DNA from: an uncultured bacterium
GTDB taxonomy: Bacteria; Verrucomicrobiota; Verrucomicrobiia; Verrucomicrobiales; DEV007
Length of the DNA: 64,000 nucleotides
Assembly (NCBI GenBank): GCA_963977015.1
Contig: CAXBMO010000001.1
Span: 579,524-643,523 of the forward strand
Reading direction: 5' to 3'
In this document: piece by piece, positions 9,701 through 17,637 of the stretch
Layout of the letters: the number at the start of each line of letters is the position of its first letter
Position numbering within the stretch: the stretch's first letter is position 1
Translations under genes and position numbers: made by a program
The notes under the pieces: generated by a model
Seen by the model: only the letters and a program-made list of their open reading frames with translations
What the model was told of the DNA's origin: nothing
Databases searched by the model: none

Positions 9701-11828
9701 CCATCGCGGCCAGCTTGCGACCTCCCAATTCGTTGGTGCCTTCCGCGCAGCAAATAAACTGCAGACCCACTTCATTCAGAGCATAGAATCTGCCGAACCC
9801 CTGGGAAAACGTGTCTGGATTGATATTGCCTGCATCCGTGATGTCATCGAATACCGGGGTTGCTTGATCGGGATTCTTTGGATTGATGCGCAATGGTGCA
9901 ACCTGACCATGACCGGGATGGAGCTTCCGGTTGTCGTCTCCATCCGTCATGCTGCTGTTGTTCACCAGAAGGCGGTTGTTGGTGAAGGCACGATGATCAT
10001 GAGGATTGTCACCCCAAAGCGTATAGCCACTCTGATCCTGGGTAATGGGATCGACCAGATTGTCATCGAAGAGATTGGTGCATCGAATATAGTCGAACAT
10101 CTGCGTCATGATCTGATAGCGATCATACGGATACTTGTCTTCAAAACTGGCACCGACTCCCGGGATGGGCTGTGAGGTCAGCCAGGAGAAATACTTATAG
10201 AGTTCCTGATTCCGAGCGATATTGATGATGTCGTGATCCGGAGAATCCGAACGCTCACGCATGATGTGATAGCGTGCCCTAGTGGAGTTGATGCTGTCAT
10301 TACTTTCTGACATTCCCACCTCAGCACAGAAGCGGATGCGTTTATCAAATTCCGTGAAGTGATAGGTTCCTTCCTTGCCGCCCGGTGCTGGAGGGTCCAA
10401 TTCCGGATCCCCATGAAAGGATGGCCACATGCTGATCCGCGGGGTGTTGAAAACCGTGGTCTCCGGGGCACGACTGTTGGCCGTCAGGAAAAAGCGCAAC
10501 CGGTTCAGGTAACTGACCATTCCCCGGGAGTCCCCCGCGGCCCATGGAAACTGATTGACCGTGCGGGGCAGAGCCATCGATTGAGCGTCAGTTTTATCTG
10601 ATCCCTTGAAGAGGAGTTCATCAAAGGTCGCGTAAAGTCGGTGACGGTCCGGGACTGGCATGTCGATCGTCGATTCGCTGGCCCGAATTTCGCGAACTCC
10701 ACTCATCGAGGTGTTTTGACCACCAACCACGCGAGGGGCGATTCGATAAATCAGTTCGTTCTGGGTGGCCAACTGTTTCAGCAGGCCCGGATCGTTCGTG
10801 AAGCGAGGGCCGTTGGGAAACAAGACCGGAGCGATCGAGGTGACGGCCGGGTGGGAGGGGTAACGCTGAAACTCGTTCCGGACTGGCTGAGTGAGGCCAT
10901 AGTTCCGGTCGGCCAATCCTCCACCGCGCGGTACGTCCCATGGACGGCCGCCTGCTGCGGTGTTGATATTGATTTTCGCAGTCTCGTCGTCCGTCCAGAA
11001 GGCAAACCGCGAAACGATCGGGTTGCTCGCCGAGGGAATCCCTTGTCCGGCTTGACTTCCACTTACCTGCAGGGGTTCGAACTTTTCGTTCTCCAGCGTT
11101 CCCATGGTTCCATCTTCCAACTGGTAGATCCACTTTACCGGCATGGGTAGGCCCACCACGTGATCGCCGACCGTCGTATTCGATGCCCGCTTGACCTGGT
11201 CGGTGGCGAAATAGAATCCCTCAACATGGCGTTTCTCAGGATCCTCCTCAAAACCGTCTTTCCAGTTTTGGGCCTTCCAGCTCGAACGGGAAATATTCTG
11301 GGCTTTCGCGCCTTCCGGGTAGGCTCTTGGATCCACAATGGGATAATAAACCTCGTCTCCTCGAATCACCGGTTCGTTGAGATCAACGTAGGTGTTCTTG
11401 TTATTGGCATTATTCCAGTTCCGAAGATCGACTTCATCCTCTCGAACATCGCCCAGTGATTTCTCGACCATGTCCTCATCCGAATACAATTTGTAGGCTC
11501 CATTGAAGCCCGCTTCGGTCCACGTTCGGATCAGTCCCGGTTGGCTGGCCCAGGCGACTTCAACCTTTTCTGTTGCGGCGCGCAGCTGGTGGATCACCAA
11601 ATTGGTGGCGGTTTGGCCCAATGCCTGAGCCTGCTGCCCCTGGGAGTAGCTGGTGGAGGCGGCCAGTTCATTTTGAGAAATCGAGAAAAACGCCATTACG
11701 AGAACAGCCATGAGCATGAGGATGCTGAGGACTGTGATGAGCGCGATTCCGCGTTCTTTGGTCGTTTTCTCTGGCACGGGAATGTGTGGGCTTTTCATGG
11801 CAAGAGATGGTTGGTTTTGGTGGGTCAA
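6783..11828 (-). CDS. Verru_Chthon cassette protein A-like giant PilX-type pilin-associated protein
   Basis: KERG/IALITVLS prepilin-like leader, AWASQPGLIRT, DLNEPV, LPMPVKWIY, RFAFWTDDETAKININTA, NEFQRYPSHPA, PWQTLLFR, LDFFWMPIVEPWSISEPLSTAGKIN, YPRLTTKSNTF, EYRGSTILERYVDP. Confidence 0.88.
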   Translation of the reverse strand: MTHQNQPSLAMKSPHIPVPEKTTKERGIALITVLSILMLMAVLVMAFFSISQNELAASTSYSQGQQAQALGQTATNLVIHQLRAATEKVEVAWASQPGLIRTWTEAGFNGAYKLYSDEDMVEKSLGDVREDEVDLRNWNNANNKNTYVDLNEPVIRGDEVYYPIVDPRAYPEGAKAQNISRSSWKAQNWKDGFEEDPEKRHVEGFYFATDQVKRASNTTVGDHVVGLPMPVKWIYQLEDGTMGTLENEKFEPLQVSGSQAGQGIPSASNPIVSRFAFWTDDETAKININTAAGGRPWDVPRGGGLADRNYGLTQPVRNEFQRYPSHPAVTSIAPVLFPNGPRFTNDPGLLKQLATQNELIYRIAPRVVGGQNTSMSGVREIRASESTIDMPVPDRHRLYATFDELLFKGSDKTDAQSMALPRTVNQFPWAAGDSRGMVSYLNRLRFFLTANSRAPETTVFNTPRISMWPSFHGDPELDPPAPGGKEGTYHFTEFDKRIRFCAEVGMSESNDSINSTRARYHIMRERSDSPDHDIINIARNQELYKYFSWLTSQPIPGVGASFEDKYPYDRYQIMTQMFDYIRCTNLFDDNLVDPITQDQSGYTLWGDNPHDHRAFTNNRLLVNNSSMTDGDDNRKLHPGHGQVAPLRINPKNPDQATPVFDDITDAGNINPDTFSQGFGRFYALNEVGLQFICCAEGTNELGGRKLAAMVEHGWRINAQGLGNRGFKPSHQHFWYGNVCPLSDQNIDPDLSKANGTQKGDVAKVYKDYIPSDYFTNFDPAQQEQREKEWRMLVAKQNWNYTIPIERPLKSDEKIIQPALIMQLHCPAKGWTGIKPDFRLEVRLDPDTFKIKANGIREYLDGGGNPKKHNGKLFPHLSNTFYELKSPDADTTHHYWGSTTNGGVYSARALFSSQSSKGVRRARYATYRAEDDNAENYDPGEGKGELLFPLPAKWVNGGTEQDPTDKIGDEAAEAYPFIGGPIRVKKDEALEVECGDIEIRLFLDDGYNSDTKKDVDQPVQVAIVEMDDIDHLPVPNLHPGLAGGFGRNRVPILQHTRQARDFWTFHKTGAFRDDNDAKPVFQGDPKPVRISEDNPGVGRLAFLLGDGAGGTLIHQNYKLPAVNDSGDPLAGSGNQSESYDYNVDVTRSYVISHGDARLSAVRPLLTTNNDIETTDDEIGNFLNEIETFTGYIKHPLYDEEVRHLTNDETRHSLWVYDNGSNQNTPANIGADFAGFGGGDKALSVYIAPNGKEAAVAKSYAPDTYRRRFNPYGDWDNGTATQSDGCWINKPDEGNSFGIRQELELTAYEKEYGAVARKQVPYFSRPNQHEPSRPGLFSPNRITTGAVMFGSLPTGVYGEKNGTRYESKPWQTLLFRKQQDVNNMNLFKEGTDYIKEREIHPGNLDPEDHFFLDFFWMPIVEPWSISEPLSTAGKINVNYEIAPFTHIKRASGLHGVFASEEMLTIPNDPYAGSSKVGSGWGKGYNWWEDKGGDLRYKSLRSWINTDETLKQFEERFANDEHFISASEFTKTYLVPEAMDGLILKLGTLEKMGDLWNPKMTDGISTVGDNAREKPYGNIYPRLTTKSNTFQVHFRSQILKQSIMSPQNPGQRRSDSEWASFDEATDNIVSEYRGSTILERYVDPNDTRIPDYAVNLQEGSTPGDVPGIDHYYRFRVVSHRRFAP

Positions 11829-11932
11829 GGAACGAGATTCCTGAATTTACGATGCATTCTGTTTGAAATACATTGTGAATACAAGAGAAAAATTCTACGG
11901 GGAGAATGATTCCGAGAATTTTCTATCTCGAA

Positions 11933-11952
11933 TACCTTGTAAATACAAGGTA
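11933..11952. promoter_or_regulatory. Palindromic candidate operator upstream of the Verru_Chthon A gene
   Basis: taccttgta-aa-tacaaggta, perfect 9-bp arms, in an AT-rich intergenic region. Confidence 0.45.
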
Positions 11953-11987
11953 AATTCTTTTGTCAGGAAAAAATCGCGAAATCCTGC

Positions 11988-12563
11988 CTACGATTTTCGC
12001 TTCCTGAGATTCGCTTCGCTTTCCCGTTTCAGAGCTTTCAGCGATTTTTTCAGCGACATTCTCTTGGCGGTGCTCATCCGGTCGATAAACAGGATGCCAT
12101 TGAGGTGGTCGGTTTCGTGCTGAATGGCTCTCGCGAAGAGACCGTCGGTTTCCAATTCAAGGGTTTCCCCCTCAAGGGTCGACAAGGTTGCGCGAATGGT
12201 GCCTGGTCTTTTGATTTCCGCGCGGATCTCGGGGAACGACAGGCAGCCTTCCGTGTCGGAAATCTGCTCAGGGCCGCCGTGAATCACCGGATTGATAAAG
12301 ATCAGGGGCATGATTTTCGTCAGCTCGGTTTCTTCCCCATTCACTTTCACAAAGGTTGCCGCGTCGGTTGCCTCAGAAACATCGACAACCGCCAGTTGTA
12401 AGGGAAGACCGACTTGTTGTGCCGCGAGTCCAACCCCTTCCGCGTCTTCCATCGTCTCGACCATATCCTCGGCAAGGGCACGGATGTTATCGGTGACCTC
12501 GTCAATCCTGGCACCCTTTTCCCGAAGAACGGGATCTCCAAAAAGCACAATTTCTCGAATCAT
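11988..12563 (-). CDS. def: Peptide deformylase
   Basis: GVGLAAQQVG, EGCLSFP, QHETDHLNG. Confidence 0.97.
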   Translation of the reverse strand: MIREIVLFGDPVLREKGARIDEVTDNIRALAEDMVETMEDAEGVGLAAQQVGLPLQLAVVDVSEATDAATFVKVNGEETELTKIMPLIFINPVIHGGPEQISDTEGCLSFPEIRAEIKRPGTIRATLSTLEGETLELETDGLFARAIQHETDHLNGILFIDRMSTAKRMSLKKSLKALKRESEANLRKRKS

Positions 12564-12594
12564 TAGGCTAAAAAGCCGAATTTGGCGATCCTGG

Positions 12595-13011
12595 CTATTT
12601 GTGCAACAGAATCCTTGCTGGTACGTCCTTGATTGCGATTCCTGCCTGGTTAAATGCGTCCCAAACTCCCACGAGCAGCCCGAGAGGCAGTTCTTCGTCC
12701 GCTTTGAGCTCCAATTTCAGGTCGGGCTCACTCTGTTTGAGCTGAATCAGCGCAGGTGCGAGGTTTTCGAGGGCGACGAGTTCGTCTTCAATCCAAATTT
12801 CTTCCTCCGCGGTTACGGAAATCGTCATTCGGCGTTCAACGACGGCTGCTCCCGACATTTTACTCGCTTTGGGGAGCGAGATATTCAGCATCGTCTTCTT
12901 TTGCTTAAAGGTCGTCGTTGCGATGAAGAAGATCAGCAAAATCGCCAGAATGTCGATCAGGGAAATGATCGGCACGGCGGGAAGCGAACGGCGTTTGGAG
13001 TAAATGTTCAC
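12595..13011 (-). CDS. ExbD/TolR biopolymer transport protein
   Basis: IISLIDILAILLIFFI TM with conserved Asp, ISLPKA, LKADEEL. Confidence 0.9.
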   Translation of the reverse strand: MNIYSKRRSLPAVPIISLIDILAILLIFFIATTTFKQKKTMLNISLPKASKMSGAAVVERRMTISVTAEEEIWIEDELVALENLAPALIQLKQSEPDLKLELKADEELPLGLLVGVWDAFNQAGIAIKDVPARILLHK

Positions 13012-13790
13012 TTTTTACCCGATGGCGGTTTGGCGTGGGAACCGAGTTTGGGTGGCGGGATCAATGGGGAGGGAATTGGCACATCGGTAAGGGGGCCGGG
13101 TTTTCCCTTGGATCGGGCAAGGCCGTTGATCACGGCACCGAGCAGGACTTCCATTCGCACGGCCATTCGCTCGATCTTCTTGTTGAAATAGCTATGGGCA
13201 ATGACGACCGGCACGGCAACCGCCAGTCCGCCAATGGTGGTGTAGAGCGCTTCGGCGATTCCGGCGGCAATCAGGGCGGGATCGGGATCCTCCAACGCCT
13301 GCGAGCCTCCAAACACGCCAAATACACTGATCAATCCGGAAACGGTTCCCAGCAGCCCCAGCAAGGGAGCGATGGTGATAATGACTTCCATTGCCGGAAG
13401 GCCGTTCTGGAGTTTCACAATCTCTTCACGCGCCGCGGCTTCCACTCCGCTTCGGATCGAGTCAGAATTCTGGTCGCGGAGCCCGAAGGCCACTGAAACG
13501 GTGCGAGCCAACGGAGATCTCTGTTTTTCGGCCTCTTTTTCCAAGCTTTTGACCGCCTCAGGTTTGCCTTCCTTGGCTTGGTTGATGAGGACGTCCATCA
13601 CGTTGGGGATGGCATTGTGCCAGCGAAGCGAGAGAAAGCGATGGATGATCAATCCGGTCGCGACCAGCGAACAGAGCAAAATGAAGAGCATGAAAACCCC
13701 GCCACCCTGGACGAAGGCGCCGAGTTGATCAGCTGGCGAAGGAGGGGCTTCAGCTTGGGCGAGAATCGTAAAAACAGAAATGCGTTCCAT
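13008..13790 (-). CDS. MotA/TolQ/ExbB proton channel protein
   Basis: APLLGLLGTVSGLI, AGIAEALYTTIGGLAVAVP. Confidence 0.93.
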   Translation of the reverse strand: MERISVFTILAQAEAPPSPADQLGAFVQGGGVFMLFILLCSLVATGLIIHRFLSLRWHNAIPNVMDVLINQAKEGKPEAVKSLEKEAEKQRSPLARTVSVAFGLRDQNSDSIRSGVEAAAREEIVKLQNGLPAMEVIITIAPLLGLLGTVSGLISVFGVFGGSQALEDPDPALIAAGIAEALYTTIGGLAVAVPVVIAHSYFNKKIERMAVRMEVLLGAVINGLARSKGKPGPLTDVPIPSPLIPPPKLGSHAKPPSGKK

Positions 13791-13886
13791 AAAGTGGGGA
13801 TCGAGTAGCGGGGAGTTCCCATTCCTTGGAGTGATCAGAGTGCGATTTCAATCACTTCAAAGTTGCCTTTTTCGAAAGGGGCCGAG

Positions 13887-15248
13887 CTAGTAGATGATGA
13901 TGTCGTAGGTTACTTCGAGCGGTTGGCCGCCTAGCAGGGTGATGATTTCTTCGGGCATGGGAGGAATATCGGCCTCGATGAGAGCCTGCATCGTAAAGTC
14001 GGTCAGGCGCGAATTTGCGTCCTGATGAACCAGATTGATCTGGGAAGGGGCAACGTTTCCGTTGCGATCGACGAGAAAGCTGATTTTTAGGCTTCCAAAG
14101 GTGACGAAGGTCGCGTTTTGCACGCGAAGGGCATGCCAGCGGCGCTCAATCGCCATACTGACGCGCTTTTTGTATTCCCCAAGCGGGGTCTTTTCGGCAT
14201 CGACAGCTGCGGTTCGGCCCAGATTGTCGATCGAACCCGACATCTTGTTTTTGATCCGTTCCGGGCTGAAGGCGATCGAGTCGGCGTCTCCGTTGGTTTG
14301 CGTGGTTGGCTGCATTCCGGGTTGGATGGGGACTGCTGCGATCACGGGTTTGGCGATCGGGGTTGGGACGATGGGGGCATTGGGCCTTGGTGCCGGCGCC
14401 TGGAGCATGGGATTGACCGGATCCACGATTTCAGGATTCCGTTCCGGCATCGCATCTTCCACATCCTCCGTCATCGGCATATTTTCGTCGACAATTTGAA
14501 GTTCGTCCGAAAACGCTGACTTGGTTTTCTCCAAGTCGACTTTGGCCATCTCCATGTTCGTTGCCGCTCCGCCTGCTTCTCCGGGTTGCAGATCGGTGAC
14601 CTGAGCATCTTTGGTCTCGGATTCCGCGGAGTTTTCCTGATAATCCGTCTGATTGGGATCCATGACCTCGGATTCCTCCGGGGCGGCTTTTGCGGGCTTC
14701 AGATCCGCCATCAATTTGGGATTTTTGCTCTCCTCCTGGGGGATCTTCAGTTGATCCGATGGTTGGGCGGGCATTCCCGCAGGTGCGGCGGCCGAGTCCG
14801 GAATTTCGCCTTCGGGCCCGTCGACAAATTGATGATCCTGCAAATCAATGACGGGAATGGGAGCCTCCTTGCCATCCTGTGTCGGGGTGAGCTGGTCCGA
14901 TTTTTCGCTGGGCAGCATTTCAGTCGCCGCCAGGGTATTGCGATCGCTTTCGAACTGCGGCTTGAGCGGGGCGACGCTGCTTTCCTGATTGGCGTAGGTG
15001 TCAATATAGGGGGCTGGTCCCTTTTCTTCGCTGGGAACTTCAATAACGTCAGGAATCAGTTCCTCCAACTTGATGACGACTTCGTTGGGTTCGGCCTTTT
15101 CCGAGCTCTTGCGGGTTTGGATCTGCCAGAGCAAAAACCAGCCGATCGCATACAACACGGCGAAATTCACCAGCAGCGATCCAATGATCGCCACCAGCGT
15201 CTTCAAAGCATCGCTGTCGAAAGCGGTTTGTTTGTCGGCTGCTGTCAT
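13887..15248 (-). CDS. TonB/TolA-like energy transducer
   Basis: N-terminal TM, long acidic/Pro-rich linker, C-terminal YKKRVSMAIERRW...ISFLVDRNGNV...IPPMP domain; upstream of exbB-exbD. Confidence 0.75.
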   Translation of the reverse strand: MTAADKQTAFDSDALKTLVAIIGSLLVNFAVLYAIGWFLLWQIQTRKSSEKAEPNEVVIKLEELIPDVIEVPSEEKGPAPYIDTYANQESSVAPLKPQFESDRNTLAATEMLPSEKSDQLTPTQDGKEAPIPVIDLQDHQFVDGPEGEIPDSAAAPAGMPAQPSDQLKIPQEESKNPKLMADLKPAKAAPEESEVMDPNQTDYQENSAESETKDAQVTDLQPGEAGGAATNMEMAKVDLEKTKSAFSDELQIVDENMPMTEDVEDAMPERNPEIVDPVNPMLQAPAPRPNAPIVPTPIAKPVIAAVPIQPGMQPTTQTNGDADSIAFSPERIKNKMSGSIDNLGRTAAVDAEKTPLGEYKKRVSMAIERRWHALRVQNATFVTFGSLKISFLVDRNGNVAPSQINLVHQDANSRLTDFTMQALIEADIPPMPEEIITLLGGQPLEVTYDIIIY

Positions 15249-15444
15249 GCACCCTCCCGAAGGCAGAATCGTGGTCGTCTGAATGAGTAGACGCCTTACA
15301 GCGTCTCGCTATTTAGTTAAGGGAGGTTTGGCTTTTTCGCTAGCAGAACTACTAATTAGGAGCGAAAAAGGCCCACATCTGCAAGTTTGCGATACCATCG
15401 GCTATCCCCGTAGAATAGTCAGTCAAAAAGAAGTCACCCATGCT

Positions 15445-16440
15445 ATGAAGAATGTAGTCGTTTTAGGAGCCGGCAGTTTTGGAACCGCCTTAGCCGCGGT
15501 CGTTGCCGAGCGTGGGCTGAACGTTTCCCTCTGGGGACGGGATCCAGAGGTTGTCCGCGGAATCAATGAGCACCATCGCAATGACAACTACCTTTCCGAC
15601 ATCGAGTTGCCCGAACGGATCAAGGCGACGACCGATCTCGCCTGTTGTGAGGATGCCGATTTGTTGATTGTTGCGATCCCATCGAAATTCTTTCGGCAAG
15701 TTTGTGAGGATGCTGCTCAGTACGGAATTCCACCCCATTGCGTGACGCTTTCCGCGACCAAGGGGATCGAGCTATCCAGTGGGAAGCGGATGACGGAGCT
15801 GCTTCGCGAGATCTTCCCGGAGAATGTCGCGGCGGTGGTTTCCGGCCCGTCTCACGCCGAGGAACTCGCTCGAAAGCTGCCCACGGCGTTGGTTGTGGGG
15901 TGTGCGGATGAGGCGATTGCAAAGCAGCTGCAAGGGCTCCTCACTCAACCGTTTCTCCGAAGCTACACTTCGAACGACGTCGTCGGAATCGAGTTCGGCG
16001 GTACGGTGAAGAACATTGCGGCCATCGCCGGCGGAATCGTGGAAGGGCTCGGGCTGGGCGACAATGCGAAGGCGGCATTGGTGACCCGTGGTCTGGCGGA
16101 AATGGTTCGTCTGGGCGTGGCCAAAGGGGCCAACCCGGAAACGTTTATGGGACTCAGCGGAGTCGGTGATCTGATGGTGACCTGCTTTAGCGATTATAGC
16201 CGGAATACCCGGGTTGGCAGATTGCTCGGCAAAGGCAGCAGCCTTGCAGAGATTCAGAGCCAAACCAACATGATTGCAGAAGGCGTTCCGAATACGGAGA
16301 GCGTTTATCAATTCGCTCAGAAGAACGGAATTCGGGCTCCCATCACCGAGATGCTTCACGCGGTTCTCAACAACCAAGTCTCTCCGAAGGATGCGGCACA
16401 GCAACTCTTCGCCCGAAGTCCACGTTCCGAGACGGATTAA
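15445..16440 (+). CDS. gpsA: NAD(P)H-dependent glycerol-3-phosphate dehydrogenase
   Basis: VLGAGSFGTALA, TKGIE, SGPSHAEE, KNIAAI, GDNAKAALVTRG, GLSGVGDL, SRN. Confidence 0.97.
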   Translation: MKNVVVLGAGSFGTALAAVVAERGLNVSLWGRDPEVVRGINEHHRNDNYLSDIELPERIKATTDLACCEDADLLIVAIPSKFFRQVCEDAAQYGIPPHCVTLSATKGIELSSGKRMTELLREIFPENVAAVVSGPSHAEELARKLPTALVVGCADEAIAKQLQGLLTQPFLRSYTSNDVVGIEFGGTVKNIAAIAGGIVEGLGLGDNAKAALVTRGLAEMVRLGVAKGANPETFMGLSGVGDLMVTCFSDYSRNTRVGRLLGKGSSLAEIQSQTNMIAEGVPNTESVYQFAQKNGIRAPITEMLHAVLNNQVSPKDAAQQLFARSPRSETD

Positions 16441-16461
16441 CCTTCCGGCGCGAGAACAGAC

Positions 16462-17166
16462 CTAAAATTCAATCGTGAGGTTTCCCTCATCGATTTTCAC
16501 CCGGGTGACGTCCTCGTCGGAAAGAACGGCTTGCTCACGGGTGCAGGCCTGGGCGATTCGAAAGAACGGGGCCATGATGGGACGGAACATCGCTCCACTG
16601 AAGGAGAACCGCCCGACGCTGCTGGATTTGCATTCCCTCACATACTTCCCATCGGAAAGGTAGTAATCCCAACTGGATGCAATGGTGAACGGAAGACCGA
16701 AAACCTTGCGTTCCACGAAGATCGTCGCTTCGTTCTTCTTAAAATCCAGATAAACGCCGTTCATCTTCACGAATGAGCCGAAGGCTCCTCGCTGCTTCGC
16801 ATTCAGGCGCTGATTGAGATAGGTGTTCACCTCTTCTTCGCTGAAAGAAACGGAACCCTCATCCTTCACCAGCTGATCCTCAGCGATTTTCAGGAGATTC
16901 TTGGGAGGGTTGGGTGCCTTCGAATCCGAGTAGGGATATCCACCAACGTGACTCAGATCCCGCGGTAAAAAGATAAAAACGACAAACCCCAAAAGCGCTG
17001 CGGTGATCAAAAACATGATCACGCCTCCGATTCCGAAGCCTTCGCCCGGCATGGCCGGAGGTTTTGGTGGTTTCGGCTCCCCGGCTGCCGCTACACTTCC
17101 GGGAGGAGCCGACTTGGCGACCTTTTTCTTCCGGACTTTTTTCTTTACTGCGATCTTCTTTGCCAT
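16462..17166 (-). CDS. Hypothetical membrane-anchored protein with Lys-rich N-terminus
   Basis: Fills the gap between gpsA and the next gene; MAKKIAVKKKVRKKK, one TM, beta-rich C-terminal domain. Confidence 0.7.
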   Translation of the reverse strand: MAKKIAVKKKVRKKKVAKSAPPGSVAAAGEPKPPKPPAMPGEGFGIGGVIMFLITAALLGFVVFIFLPRDLSHVGGYPYSDSKAPNPPKNLLKIAEDQLVKDEGSVSFSEEEVNTYLNQRLNAKQRGAFGSFVKMNGVYLDFKKNEATIFVERKVFGLPFTIASSWDYYLSDGKYVRECKSSSVGRFSFSGAMFRPIMAPFFRIAQACTREQAVLSDEDVTRVKIDEGNLTIEF

Positions 17167-17237
17167 GCTTCAGGAGGGGGCGTTTCTTTGAACGCCTCTA
17201 GAACTATAGAAATCGCGACACAATTCAAGCCAACGCT

Positions 17238-17561
17238 TTAGTCTTTCGAACTGGTCGTCTTCGGTTTCTTGGACGGCTTATCAGTTTTTGACTTCGAAGA
17301 GGAGTCTTTTTTCGAGGAATCACTCGCCGGCTTGCTGGCAGACTCGGCTTCCTTGGCTCCCTTCTTGTAGGATTCGCTCCGGTAATCCGTTTCGTAGAAT
17401 CCCGATCCCTTGAAGATCAGCCCTGCGCCAGTTCCCAGCAATCGCTCCACTTTGCCGCCACATTCTTTATCTGGGCATTTCGAGAGTTTCCGAGCCTTCA
17501 TCGATTGAAAGATCTCGAACACATTATCGCATTTGTGGCACTTGTATTCGTAGGTTGGCAT
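17238..17561 (-). CDS. FmdB-family zinc ribbon protein
   Basis: MPTYEYKCHKC...KCPDKECGG...FKGSGFYETDY, Ser/Lys-rich tail. Confidence 0.92.
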   Translation of the reverse strand: MPTYEYKCHKCDNVFEIFQSMKARKLSKCPDKECGGKVERLLGTGAGLIFKGSGFYETDYRSESYKKGAKEAESASKPASDSSKKDSSSKSKTDKPSKKPKTTSSKD

Positions 17562-17605
17562 AGTTTTACGGCAGACAACGCTGCGCCGAACTGTGTTCAT
17601 TTCGT

Positions 17606-17635
17606 GACCATTCGCAACTGCTATTGCGAATGGTC
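17606..17635. terminator. Perfect 12-bp hairpin between menD and the FmdB gene (terminator or operator)
   Basis: gaccattcgcaa-ctgcta-ttgcgaatggtc, 2 nt after the menD stop; no clear U-tract. Confidence 0.45.
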
Positions 17636-17637
17636 GG

